Shown one piece after another: positions 24,917 through 38,789 of a stretch of 64,000 bases of DNA. The position numbers were made by a program, and so were the translations under genes. The stretch covers positions 122,636,001-122,700,000 of the forward strand of contig OZ024740.1 of assembly GCA_964016885.1 (NCBI GenBank), given 5' to 3'. Positions within the stretch are counted from its first letter, which is position 1. Every line of letters starts with the position of its first letter. The notes under the pieces were generated by a model. The model did no database searches, had not been told where the DNA came from, and was given only the letters and a program-made list of their open reading frames with translations. This stretch comes from Eledone cirrhosa. Lineage: Eukaryota.

Positions 24917-26785
24917 TACGTATTATTACGTTTATTTTGATATCAGAATTCTTGTATTTTGACAGTTTTCTCTTCTTTCCAGGCAATATTTTGTCAGTAG
25001 TGGCTATCAATGTGGAAGTATTTATATTAGTACATCATGACTTTTTACTAAATCAGGCCTTAATATCCATCTCAATTTGAATGGGCAGATATCAGATAAT
25101 TGTGACCAGATCAATTATTATGTTTGGTACATATTTATACCATTTACAGTCTGTTTGATTTTGCTCAGAGGATATAGTTGCCAACACGCTCAAGTCAGTG
25201 TATATATTCCGACTTCTTCTTCTTGCAGTCCCCATGTAACACTAAAAAGATCTGGTGATGGGCTTACAATCTGACTTCGTACGAATGGGGTGGAAGCACA
25301 ATGTATACATATCCCATAACACCAAAGGGAGCAAACCTTAGTTTTTGAATGTCATAATTTGACACTTGAATATGAAAATTTCTATGACGTAAACAAAGTA
25401 TCAACAATGCAAGCTGCTACAATATAAACAACAATAACAACACCGTTGCTAACATTACATACCAAAGGGAAATTTAGACATGGGTCAAATTCTGTCAAAA
25501 GAGAAACATGGCAGCAATTTTCCACAAAAAAAAGGTGCCTTCTTGCTTGACGATTTATTCAGGAGTGGGCAAGCTAGAAATTGAGACACTTTTTGAGGAA
25601 ATTGACCGTTAAAATAAAAATAGATAATGTGTGCTCCCATGTACATTGATATGCCCCCCCCCCCCCTATCCTTCAGCTATATGGAACACATGCACCGTTT
25701 CATTATTTTAGAGCAGTGGAAATAACTGAAACAGAATACAAACCTCAATTTTTCTTCATAAATAGTTTAACCTATTTGTTTACGGAGTTGATGAGTCACT
25801 TGAAGTTATTGATGCACTATATACTTTCCTTAGAATTTCTTGTTATGTACTAAATCAAAAAGGAAAACAATATTTTTTCTCAATATTTTTTTCTTTTTCA
25901 TTATAATTTGTTCTGCACTTACAAATTGATGTATCATTTGATTATCTAACCGTGTTTTGTTCTTGTACTCTATTTTTACTGGCATTATATTGTTATCAGT
26001 CATTGTTACATGGATGCAAATTCACACAGATACGTATATATGTATATAGAGAAACAAAATATTACAAGATATAGGGTAGAGAGAACTCATTAGTCTGGCC
26101 AAACATATGATAGCAATCTCTCAAGTGCTGGTACCATGGTGAAATGCACACTTTATACTACATAAAATAGTAGTGCTGGTGCCACGATAAATGTACCTAA
26201 TACATTCTAGTTATAGAAAGAATGAGATTTGGAAGGGAATATTGCTGTGGAAACGTTGTTAAATATGGGACACATGAGCAAGATGATGTTCTTCGAACTT
26301 ATCTAGTCTCAGGGCTTGACAAACAGTGCAACCATGCCAGCATGACAAGTTGATATAAAATAACAATAATGATGAAGATGTTGACAACATATGTTCAATG
26401 CAGTTAATGTATGTTGTAATTTCTTATGGTTTATTATTTGAATACAGAAGAAAAAAGTAGGTTTTAAGTATACCTCACCTGCATTTACAATGCTGAACCC
26501 AATTTCCTCAATGGAATGTGAAGAAGAATAGATAGAAACAACTACACACCAAAATAAACACTGATAATGACAGCAATTAGTCGATCAATATAATAATATG
26601 GTAAACTGATGTACCCTATTATCATTAATAGTATTGCATCTTTCAAATTGAAGACTGTCTTCAGTTATGGTTATGTCAAACAGCAAACATTAATGTTTTA
26701 TAATTCATCTGCATACTTTACTTTAACTGTAATTAAGTAGAGCTTGTTGGCAGAGAACAGGCAAAGTTCTGACCAGTTAAATGAC

Positions 26786-26842
<57 letters not shown>

Positions 26843-26992
26843 ATATGCTTCATGCACTCACACAAACACCCATGCACACACGCACACACACACACACTCA
26901 CACGCACACGCACGCACGCACACACACACACACACACATACACACACATACACACACACACGCACACACACACACATACATATATATATATA
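26786..26992. repeat. Compound (TA)n/(TG)n/(CA)n microsatellite
   Basis: Visible. Confidence 0.9.
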
Positions 26993-28900
26993 AATCATAA
27001 TCATTCAACATCTGTTTTCCCTACTAGCATTATTGCTTTCTTAATTTTCAGAGAACATAATGAAAAGTTGCTGGGAGGTTTTATGATTGGAAGCACTTCG
27101 TATAATTAATCATTAGCAGATGGACTGTGAAAGTTGATACTGTAGAATATGACATGCTGAATTAAGAGCCCACCCTACAATGACATCATGCCAATCAAAA
27201 ACAAAAATACAAAGATAAAATATCAAGAATAATTGATTTGGTGGACACTTGTTAACCCTATACATCTGTAGATTTTGGTGTAATTTCCTACTAATGTCAA
27301 AACATGAAATCAACCATTCCCGTAAACTATTTCACTTATCTCTCTTATCCAAACTGTATCTTGAAAACAATTAGACTGTTGATTGTTAATGTTTTAGTAT
27401 ATCATTTCTAGTTTGCACAGGAGAAATAGGCATACAATTTCATATAGTTTTTGGTTTGTATGGATTTCAGGTTTCTGCATAGATGCAAACTGTAAGTCTA
27501 TATGGAAGATGTCTTTTGTGTTAAAGAGGTAATTTATCATGTAAAATAGGGAGCAACTAGTTTCAGATAGTTTAACCCTTTCACTACCATATTTCAAATG
27601 ACAGACACTATGATTTTTAAATAACTTTGAAAATAATCAAGATCCTGATGGGATTTAGTAATATAACTAATTTTTGCATGTTAAGCTTTTTGGAACACGA
27701 CTTACAAATCTCGTTGTACAAAATTATGATGTAAGGCATTTAGATAGATAAAATAAACACCTTAGTATGGTATAATTGCATATATGTAGATTGTCTTTTT
27801 TGACATTTTTGGTGCTTTATAATGCAAAGAAATGTTATAATGAGCATAAAAATAACTAAAATAAACTTGCAGACACTGTTCTATAATTTTACTATCTTTT
27901 TTCAGAGCAGAGCTACTGGTAATGTTACACATCGTACGACATATTGCCATCTGGTGATTTACCTCTGTAATATGAATTCTTTAAAAATCACTTTTCCAAA
28001 TGTCTGGAGACAAGTGGGAAATTGTGTAATCAAAGTAGCTACAGACTAAAAAATGTATAGGTATTTTATATAACATATACATATTGTGCATATGTGTATC
28101 TATATGCATACACAATACGAAGATCGTAATATGAATTCATTGTTTTATCCTTCCTTCTCTCTCTAGTGATCTATTTCTATCTATCTAGCTCTCTATATAT
28201 TGATCTCCCTTTCCATTTTTCTTTTTTTTCTCTTTCATACACACGATATAGTTTTATCTCTCATTGTGGCCTATATCTAAGAAACGTAGTTCATGTGTAG
28301 GTAATGATTTCTAAATCAGACTGGATGCTTTTGGCAAGTAAAGTTTAAGTAGCTTCCATTGGGAAACTAAAGATAAGATATACACTTCATAGGCAAGCAT
28401 AAAAACATGCTACTGGTATCTTGGACATCTGGTACTTTATTTTGTCAAGCGTTATGTCCCTCAAAATAATATGGAATATAAAACTTTATAACAAATATTC
28501 AGTTCCCAGTATAATATTCTGTCATATTTTCAGTCTTCTTCAAGTCTCTGATAAAAAGCTAACAAGAAACTAGTTGAAAAGACTTCCATTAGTATATTTT
28601 GTCAAAATGTATATATTATAAGATCTTATTTCATTTCAAATATTTTTTTTTTCAGATTATTTTTTATTGTCAGTTACATTTGAGGAATACACAAAGCGAT
28701 AACTTTTCTGGTGATTAAATTGAACTTTGTTTTGGTTTGTGTACATTCTTTCGTCATAGTTGGATTGATATTGCTAAAGTAGACAAGTTAAATCAATGCT
28801 CTAAATTCCTAAGAGTGATAATATTTTACTCAAATAAGTATTCATTTAGTATCCTAGATTATATGTATTTATATGTATAAAATACATGCATACATACATA

Positions 28901-30196
<1,296 letters not shown>

Positions 30197-31215
30197 CAGT
30201 GACAGACTGTGTCTAAAAATACTGGTTACCAGGTGATGAAGGGGATCCACCTACATATAGAATGCTATCATTTAAGTTTTATAATGAATAAATCACATTT
30301 TCGAAAATAAGTGGAAACAAAACAGTGCAATCAATTTTTTGCGGGAAAATATCTTACCTTCTCCAATAAAAATATGTATTTTGCGAAATCCAGAGACTTT
30401 CAATAATGACCAGAAGTCGACCCTAAATATTACTAATAGCTCTAGGAAAGCCATGAAGAATACCACATCTTTGTAACTTTGATTTTGAAAGTAGGTTTTT
30501 AATTATCAATTTTCATTATACTTTTGTAGCTGTCTTGGTGGCCTAGCTGGAGGAATAATAGATGGTGGTGATCCTGGTCTGAAGTTTGATCCTTGAAGTT
30601 GAAATCTTTTCAGTTTTTTTCTATGGGTTGTAAAATAAAAACTGGGAAATGTTACACTTGACCAGGATTGAACCCAAGGCCAGGATCTCCACCATCTCTA
30701 GGACCTACCACTCGGCAACAGAGACAACTATGAAAAGTTTATGAAAATTCATACTTATAAGCCTACTTTCCAAATGTTCAAAACAAAGTGTTGTGGTTTC
30801 GTACATGTCTTTCTCAATATTATTGCTCCTACTTAAGGTCGACTTATAAATCATTTGGGTGTTCCATAAACTACATCCTTGTTTTCTTTCACATCTATCT
30901 AGACTATATTTTAACCTCTAATCCATGTTTCATTTCTGATCCACCTCATTTCTCCCCTCTCTTTCTCTCTGTGATATTTAAATCTACTATAATTTGGGCT
31001 TACCTCATTCCTATATATTTTTTGTGCATTTCAGTTAGATTCAAACTTACAATGATTGGCATTATATATATATATGTGCAGTGGCGGACTGGGTTTCATT
31101 TTTATAATGAATAAATAACATTTTCAAAAAATACATAATTGTAAACAAAACAGTATAATGGCATTTTTGCGGAAAATATCTTACCTTCTCCAATAAAAAA
31201 TATTTCAATAAGGAC
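30197..31215 (+). mobile_element. Two related degraded fragments starting CAGTG(G/A)C(G/A)GACTG (hAT-like end), the first containing an old ~430-bp palindrome
   Basis: 30277-30375 recurs at ~31100-31200; starts at 30197 and 31079 follow TA-rich tracts; inverted arms span 30414-30845. Confidence 0.4.
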
Positions 31216-31238
31216 CTTTGTTCTTTCATACTCACTCA

Positions 31239-31290
<52 letters not shown>

Positions 31291-31291
<1 letters not shown>

Positions 31292-31420
31292 TAGGAAACA
31301 GAATGACCCCGACGGCAGAGCTCAAGCCGTTTCGACGGCTATTTCTGGACTTAAATAGCCGTCCAGGAATAGCCGTCGAAACGCCCTGAGCTCGGCCGTC
31401 GGGGTCACACTTTTTCCTAT
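31291..31420. repeat. GC-rich hairpin next to (TA)n (Penelope-terminus-like); partial third arm at 31581-31634
   Basis: GACCCCGACGGCAGAGCTCAAGCCGTTTCGACGGCTATT pairs with AATAGCCGTCGAAACGCCCTGAGCTCGGCCGTCGGGGTC. Confidence 0.85.
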
Positions 31421-31496
31421 TACCCACTCTACTACCCTAAGTATTGAGTACTCTGGTGCGTTATGGTCCATCTGGTTCCTTACCACATTTCCTTCG

Positions 31497-31557
<61 letters not shown>

Positions 31558-31761
31558 TATATATATATATGTATATATATATAGGAGAACGTATGACTCC
31601 GACGGCAGAGCCCAAGCCGTTTCGACGGCTATTTATATATATATATATCCAGGGAGTATAATTTGGAGTTACTGTAGGTTCACCAGGGTGAGCACTCGAT
31701 GTTTAGGTTCACTTCAGTGTCGAGGTGTAGAGTTAGACAGAGTGTATTATAGTGAAATAAA

Positions 31762-32014
31762 ATAACAAGGACGATTGGTTACTCCTTCATTACGTTTATT
31801 GGTTGGTGACGCACGTTTCGCCTCTGATCGGCTCAAAGTTCGATCTGCATCGATCTGATCTGACTTTGTAATCAGCAGCACGTCAGACCCCTTTTAATGG
31901 TAATGGAAAAATATTATTATGATCGATGCAGATCAAACTTTGACCCGATCAGAGGCGAAACGTGCGTCACCAACCAATAAACGTAATCAAGGAGTAACCA
32001 ATCGTCCTTGTTAT
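31762..32014. repeat. ~94-bp inverted repeat (31762-31855 / 31921-32014), Penelope pseudo-LTR-like, with hammerhead-like motif
   Basis: Arms nearly identical; each has CGAAACGTGCGTC followed by AATAAA. Confidence 0.85.
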
Positions 32015-32021
32015 GTTATTT

Positions 32022-32082
<61 letters not shown>

Positions 32083-32559
32083 ATTATATATATATATGTG
32101 TGTATGTGTGTGTCTGTGTGTGTGTGTGTGCGTGCATATCTATCTATAAATATATATATATATATATATTTATACACACCACTTTCACCACTAATTGATT
32201 TGACAGATATCTTTAACCCATTGATGCCAAACATTATTTTGTCAGTAGTTCATGTGTCTCAACAACATATATATGTATACCACAACATCATACCAGCAAT
32301 CACTACCACTACCATTAACAAGAGGGAGCCAACTCCAGCACCGGTGACAATAACAACAACACATATGTTTTCAGGATTGATAGCCACATGGTTCCATGAG
32401 AAACTGTTAACATACTCACATGTGTGCGTGCAGAAATCTGGGCCTTTCCGCTGGGAACAACCCCCGATTTTCTATTTGTTCATTCATTTATTCATTTATC
32501 TAATTACTAATTTTCTACTTGTTTGTGTGTCCCACACCATGCCTCTAGTGCCATCGCAG

Positions 32560-35300
32560 AGTGGAGATGCAGCATCTGTCTCTTCCCCTCATCTGCCCAG
32601 CCACGAGATAAGACAACGAGTTCGTCTGATGACCAACACTCGCTGGTCAACATGGTTCGGTTCAGGCGGCTCCGGAAGATTCCATTCAAGATCCCGAGAG
32701 CGACCTGGGTGCTGGTAGCCGATGCCCTCACTTCCTCACTTGAGAGAGCCCTGGACTTTAAATGAGCCAGCGACTGGGAGTGTCTCTTTTATTCCATCCC
32801 ACTCACCCTCGGCCTTCCAAACTCTGGCGCTGCTCGGGGTGGCCTGTTGACAGCAGCCTTTGTCCCAGCCAATCTTTCGTCCTTTGGGCAAGTGCTCATC
32901 CCAAGCGTACCGAAGGATACCACACACCCTGCTCTTGAGTGCCTTCAATCCTCCACCCCTAAGGCCAGTGCCAAGCCTCTACGTGACCGCGTAAATGCTA
33001 AACTAATCATGGGTGATGTCTCCGCTGCCGTCAGAATGGTTGCCTCAGAGGATACTGTCCTACAACCCACCGAGGAGGTCCTGGCTGCACTGCGACTCAA
33101 GCACCCTGAGCCACCCACTGACCTCAGACCCATAGCACCGCATTATTCTCATTTGCTCTTTGTGGCTTCCGACACAGACATCATATCAGCCTTCAAGTCC
33201 TTCCCAGCTAGCAGCAGCAGAGGTGCTGATTGTCTACGACCTGGCCACCTCCAGGAGTTGCTATCCCACCTGCTCCACTGAGGCTTGGCACTGCTTTCTA
33301 AGTGCAATTGTGGAACTCGCCAATAGGCTTATCCATGGCACCCTGGACCCTCACGCCTGAGGCCTCTTTGTTTCGGCTCGTCTGACCGCTCTCAAGAAGA
33401 AAGAGGGTGGCATATGCCCTATCGCTGTGGGCAATGTCTTCCGGAGGCTGGCTGCTAAGGTGATCTACAGGTCCATAACCCCTACACTGGGTGAGAAGTT
33501 CAGCCTGGTGCAACTGGGTGTCGGCGTGTCCGATGGCTGTGAGGGGGCTGCACATGGAACCAGGCAGTTCTTCAACAGCTGCCCACTGGAACCGGCATCC
33601 AGGGTCTCCAGGCACCTCATTATGATGCTTGACATGAGGAATGCTTTTAACTGCATACTCTGGGACCACCTGCTCGATGCCTGCCTCAGCCGAGCCCCCT
33701 CTGCTTACCCACTGGCTTACATGTCATATGGAGCCCCGAGCATGCTCCAGATACGGTCATAACTTTGGCCACTGGGGTCCAACAGGGTGACCCTTTGGGC
33801 CCCATACTGTTTGCCCTTGGTATAGACCACATTGCTTGGAGTATCACGGCCCCTATCAACGTTTGGTACTTGGATGATGCTACATTCAGCGGGCCCGTAG
33901 AGACTGTCTGCCTTGCCCTTCAATTGGTAGTTCCAACCCTTGTGGGAATCGGCCTCCAGGTCAACCCATCCAACTCGGAGGTGGTGAATGTTAGCCACGA
34001 TGCTGAGAGCTTTGCAGCCTCTGTCTCAGACGTGCGCTCCATTCTCCGCCAGGTACAGGTGGCCCCTAAAGATCACCGATCCACCTGCCGGCTATCCACT
34101 CCACCGTCATGTCCATGCTCCAGCAACTCATGATCCTCACAAGCTGACTGGGCTTGATTGACTGTCACCCAGCACTCTTCCTGTTGAAGAAATGTTTTGC
34201 CATGCCGAAGCTCCTCTATACCCTTCACAATGGTGCGTGCTACAGCCACGAATCTCTGCCCTTACTAACCTCAATATTTGTATCCAAGCAGCAGCCAAGG
34301 AAATAAGCAACATCAGGTTTGACGACATTGAATGGCAACATATATGGTGACCCTGGTTTCCGGTCCCCGATCTCGCAGACTTTGCTGGCTTATCTCTCGT
34401 CGGTAACCTCATGTTGCGTCCCCGTCAGCAGGGTTCTCTAAAACACATTGGAGCCCTCTGTGATTGGGGAACATGAAGCCACCTGCTGACGGCAATATTC
34501 CCAAAGCATTTGGGATGCCATCCAGTGCAGCCTGGCCTCAGACAGGCTCAGGTGACAGCTCAACCAGTACCGCCTTGCTTGTTTTCGCGCGGCCTCCAAA
34601 CACCACAGTGGTGCCTGGCTCCATCCCTTGCCCTCCTTCGCCACTGGCATGCAGCTGGATAATGATAGCCTGCGCATCAGCGTTTCCTTGAGGCTTGGCC
34701 TCCAGATCTGCGAGCCTCATATATGTCGCTGTGGATTCACCGTGGACTCTTTCGGCCTCCACCTGCTTACCTGTCGCCACAGTGCCGGCCGCCTTCCATG
34801 TCATGCTGCCCTCGACGAGGTCTTAAAGCATGGCTTGAATGCTGCAGGCTACCCTCCCAGCTCGAGCTGGTGGGGCTGGACTGATGGGATGGCAAAAGGC
34901 CTGACGGTATGACCATCTTCCCATTCCGCGGTCGCAAACCACTCGTCTGGGATGCCACTTGCAACGACACTTTCTCCATCCGCAACATGGTGCAGTCTGT
35001 GACTAACCCAGATTCTGCTGCACGTTGGGATGAGGAGGCCAAACTCTCCAAGTACGGGTCGCTCTCTGACAGGTTCACATTTGTGCCCTTGGCAGTGGAG
35101 ACTTCTGGTGTCATTGGCCCTAGGGTTACCTCCCTACTCACCACCATAGGCGCTGAGCTGGCCAGATGCAGGTGTGAGCCCCACGAGTTGGAACGGCTCT
35201 TCCAGCGCATCTCCCTTACCATCCTTGGGGAAAACACCTTCTCCATCCTTTCCGCCGGTTCTGTTTGGAGGCCAGCACTAGGGACCCCATTTCCTCACCA
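32560..35300 (+). mobile_element. Decayed CRE-clade non-LTR retrotransposon (RT + RLE)
   Basis: [85 protein letters not shown] across broken ORFs. Boundaries approximate. Confidence 0.85.
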
Positions 35301-35364
35301 TACGGAGAGATGGGGAGGGCGAGAGAGATGGTAGCAGTGACAATGGGAGTTCGGCTCTTCCACG

Positions 35365-35503
35365 TTTGGACCATATCTTTGTAGTTGTGTTCATTAAGCA
35401 GTCAATGAGTATGTTTATGTTAGCATTCTTCAGTGCTGTGAATGCTAACATAAACAGACTCATTAACTGCTTAATGAACACAACTGCAAAGATATGGTCC
35501 AAA
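35365..35503. repeat. Near-perfect 64-bp stem, 11-nt loop hairpin
   Basis: 35365-35428 vs 35440-35503 with three differences; CAAAGATATGGTCCAA is repeated at ~35507-35522. Confidence 0.92.
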
Positions 35504-35523
35504 CCACAAAGATATGGTCCAAT

Positions 35524-35800
35524 ATCATCATCATCATCAACATTACCGTTTTACCTCCGTTCTTCCATGCTACTAGACGGGTTGTACTGTTGTGGGCAGT
35601 GTCTGGCCGGCTGACCATGCCTTGCTCATACAGGAACTGATTTGGCTTGATTTCTACAGCTGGATGCCCTTCCTTACACCAGCCTCATTTACAGTGAGTG
35701 CTGGGTGATTTTACCGTGGCGCCTACACGTCCACTTTACAGTGTGGGCTGGGTGCTTTTTGCCGTGGCACCTCCACGACCACCTTGCAGTAGGAGGGTCT
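35524..35800 (-). mobile_element. RTE-tailed SINE-like repeat
   Basis: Reverse complement of the 43430-43684 type (GGAAGGGCATCCAGCTGTAGAAATCAAGCC ... AGCATGGAAGAACGGA ... (GAT)n tail). Confidence 0.75.
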
Positions 35801-36571
35801 GGTGTGTCTATGTCTATATATGTATCTTTCCATGCATGAATGAATACACTAAGCTTTAGATTTAGTAGAATGTACACCCCCTGATTCCAGTTATTTGCAC
35901 TATCATATATTTTGGTTTCTAGTAATTCCCTGGGGAATTGGTTGACAAATGCTTTGCTTAATTGTTTTTTTTTTATTTCTTATTTTATTCTTTCTCTTAG
36001 ATTTCAGGTATTTTTTTAAAGGAAAGCATTGGCCCCTAAAATACTACAGTGGATCCTGCAATGCTACTTTGGGCTCTTGCAATGCTACCATGGGTCCCTG
36101 GAGCACACTTGCTATTAGGCAACCTGACAACCTGGCCAGTCCGCCACTGTATACATATATATTTATGCCTTCAGATTAACGTGATTTCACCATGTGCTTC
36201 TCAACATGATGGCTGTGTTGTGCATAACTTTGGATATCAGCAAGTATATTGTTTTATTTACCATCTTCGTTCTATATTTCCCTTAGAATGGTAAAAAAAA
36301 CCTTTGATGTGTAACTGTGTCGCATGTAGTTTAATCATGATCAATAGTTTTTCATCGCTGATCGATTATATTGATTGAATTTTTTCGATGATCATTTACA
36401 TAGATTGATTTTGAGCTACACTCTCCAGGTATGAAATAGTGCTGTAATGTTTCTCTTATGATTCCATCTGTGTATTTGGTATATATACAATATACTGTGC
36501 TTCTTTTAAGATATATGGCTCTTTCTCTCTCTATATATATGTATATCTTTTTCATTTGGTTACATATATAT

Positions 36572-36845
36572 ATCATCATCATCTTTTAACATCCATTTTC
36601 CATGCTAGCATGGGTTACACGGGTCATCCCATTTGAGGTAAGTTGGTTCAGGTGACCATGTCTTACTCATAAAGGACTGCTTCTGGTGTGGTTTCTATGG
36701 ATGGATGCCCTTCCTAATGCCAACCACATTTATAGTTTGTGCTAAATGCTTTTTGCCATGGCTCCTACATGACCAATCTACAGTAATGGCTGGGTGCTTT
36801 TTGTTGTGACACCTACATAACCTCTTTACAGTGGGGGCTGGATAT
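36572..36845 (-). mobile_element. RTE-tailed SINE-like repeat
   Basis: ATCATCATC-TTTTAACATCCATTTTCCATGCTAGCATGGG ... GGATGCCCTTCCTAATGCCAACC. Confidence 0.75.
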
Positions 36846-36959
36846 GTTTTATGTGTATGTGTGTGTGTGTGTGTAGATTCTGAGAGAAATTGGGAGTAAC
36901 CAGAGTTAAGGGACTTAATACATTAGTAGAGTGTAAATGTCATTATTTAATATAGAATC

Positions 36960-38025
36960 TTGTGACAATAAACTCTGCTATTTACAGACTGTGCATCAAC
37001 ATGAGATATTTTTCTCCACAATGTTTGATCACCAGCAGTAGAGTTTAGAGAGCAAAGATCAAGTCCAGTCCATAAGTTGATATTATCAACCCATTGTTTT
37101 GGCTGCTGGACTCTGCTTCTCTTACCAGCCAACTTTCCTTCCGGGCATAACCTACTTAAACCACGAGTTGATCTTTTTATATGACCGTATAGTTTGAGTA
37201 CTCCTGACCCGACAATTGATGTAATTTGTCTAAATTTGATGATCTTGAGCAGCTCATTGATACAGATATGGTCGCTGAGCTGCTTGCCAGTCATAAGTCT
37301 CATGATATTCTTTGGAAATGTAGAGAGCTTCTGAAGAGACCTTGTCATCCAATTAACACAACCAAGACCATATAACACAACTGGTAGGGTGTAAGTATCT
37401 AAGATCTTAGCCTTTGAATGATAGGAAAGTCGTTTTGATATTAGTACTTCCTTGTTCTTGTTGAAAGCTGCCCAACATAGAGTGATGTAATGCTGCGCAG
37501 CAACCATTCCATTGTTGTTTGATGTTAGTTTGTTACCGAGATATACAAACTCTGTGACTTGAGCAATTTCCAGTGAGATTGTGAGTTGGAGATTGGCATT
37601 GTTTTATCAGTTGTCATACACTTTGTTTTAGAGATGTTGATGTGTAAGCCACCCCCCAGCGAATGTTTGGCCAGTACATTCAGAAACTCTTGCAGATCAG
37701 TTCTAGAGTAACTCATGATGACCAGAACGTCTGCATAGCTAAGATTTGATAAAAATATGTTTTTACCTCCTATGTCATAGCCAGAGGAGAATTCTTCTTC
37801 AGTTTGGTAGATAAGTGCAGCTATAACTATAGAGAAAAGGAGTACTGATAGTACATCCCCCTGCTTAACTCCCTTCAAGATGTCTATACACTGTGTAGTT
37901 CCTAAATCTGTTTTATTGTATGCTGTTGAGTTGGTGTAAGATTCTTTCAATAGGTTGATGTATTTCTTGTTAATTGAGGTCTTGTTTAAGAGTTGCCATA
38001 AGCTGGATTGTTTCACGTTGTCCAA
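36960..38025 (-). mobile_element. Decayed RTE-group LINE, 3' part
   Basis: DNVKQSSLWQLL, KGVKQGDVLS, NLSYADVL, LPVVLYG, LKLYGHIKR, GKRSR..KQWVDNI. Confidence 0.8.
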
Positions 38026-38302
38026 CGCTTTTGTTTTGCAAGGTTTTTGATATGAAATTGTATGTTGAAAAAAATATTGTTATATTTGGGGAGGAGCATA
38101 TTGTTAGAATATTGCCAGAAATAATAATAAAACACATTCACAATGAGTGTGTTTCATTATTATTTCTGGAAATATTATAACAATATGATCCTCTGCAAAT
38201 ATAACAATATTTGTTTCAACACACAATTTCATTTCAAAGACCTTGCAAAACAAAAACTTTTGACAACGTGAAACAATCCAGCTTGTGGCAACTCTAAGAC
38301 AA
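37982..38302. repeat. ~320-bp fold-back spanning a LINE / Penelope-terminus junction
   Basis: Arms 37982-38139 and 38145-38302. The outer ~45 bp are RT coding sequence; the inner part resembles 45650-45750, 56470-56580 and 60284-60390. Confidence 0.85.
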
Positions 38303-38303
38303 A

Positions 38304-38496
38304 GGGCAGTGTATTGGCAGTATCGGTAGAGGGTAGGATGCCATGCTTTGCAGCAAAGAGTTACGGCCCTTAATGATCTGAGTTCAAATCCCTCCGAGGA
38401 TAACTTTGCCTTTTATCCTTACGGGGTCGATAAAATAAAGTACCAGTAACACACTGGAATAATTGCTGGCCTTGTGCCAAAAGTAGAAACAATATT
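38304..38496 (+). mobile_element. SINE, same family as 19602-19781
   Basis: ATTGGCAGTATCGGTAGAGGG..GAGTTCAAATCC..GGGGTCGATAAAATAAAGTACC..GTAGAAACAATTA. Confidence 0.85.
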
Positions 38497-38789
38497 ATAA
38501 CAATATGACCCTCCACAAATATAACAATGTATATATCAACATATAGAGAGATGTACACATAGATATATGTGTTCAATCATAGGGGGTCAAAAACGGAAGG
38601 AATTGTGAATAAAAAGAATATATCAAAGTATACTGACCATTCGATTTTAACAATAACCCTCAGACATGCTCAGATAAGGGTGTTTCACTATAATAACTGA
38701 AGTGTTCATATTGTTGATGTAGCTCATCGGCAGGTGCCTAGCAATATGATCAACACGTCTATAAAAATATATCAGATATATATATATTC

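Noticed and set aside
27572-27600. piggyBac-like end TTAACCCTTT (also TTAACCC at ~32213)
   Set aside because: No matching opposite end found.
24917-28900. Host exons in the AT-rich stretches (also 39.9-42.0 and 47.0-51.9 kb)
   Set aside because: No convincing ORF or motif; small exons cannot be excluded without transcript data.
30530-30680. Possible tRNA gene
   Set aside because: Only degenerate A/B boxes; no cloverleaf could be built.
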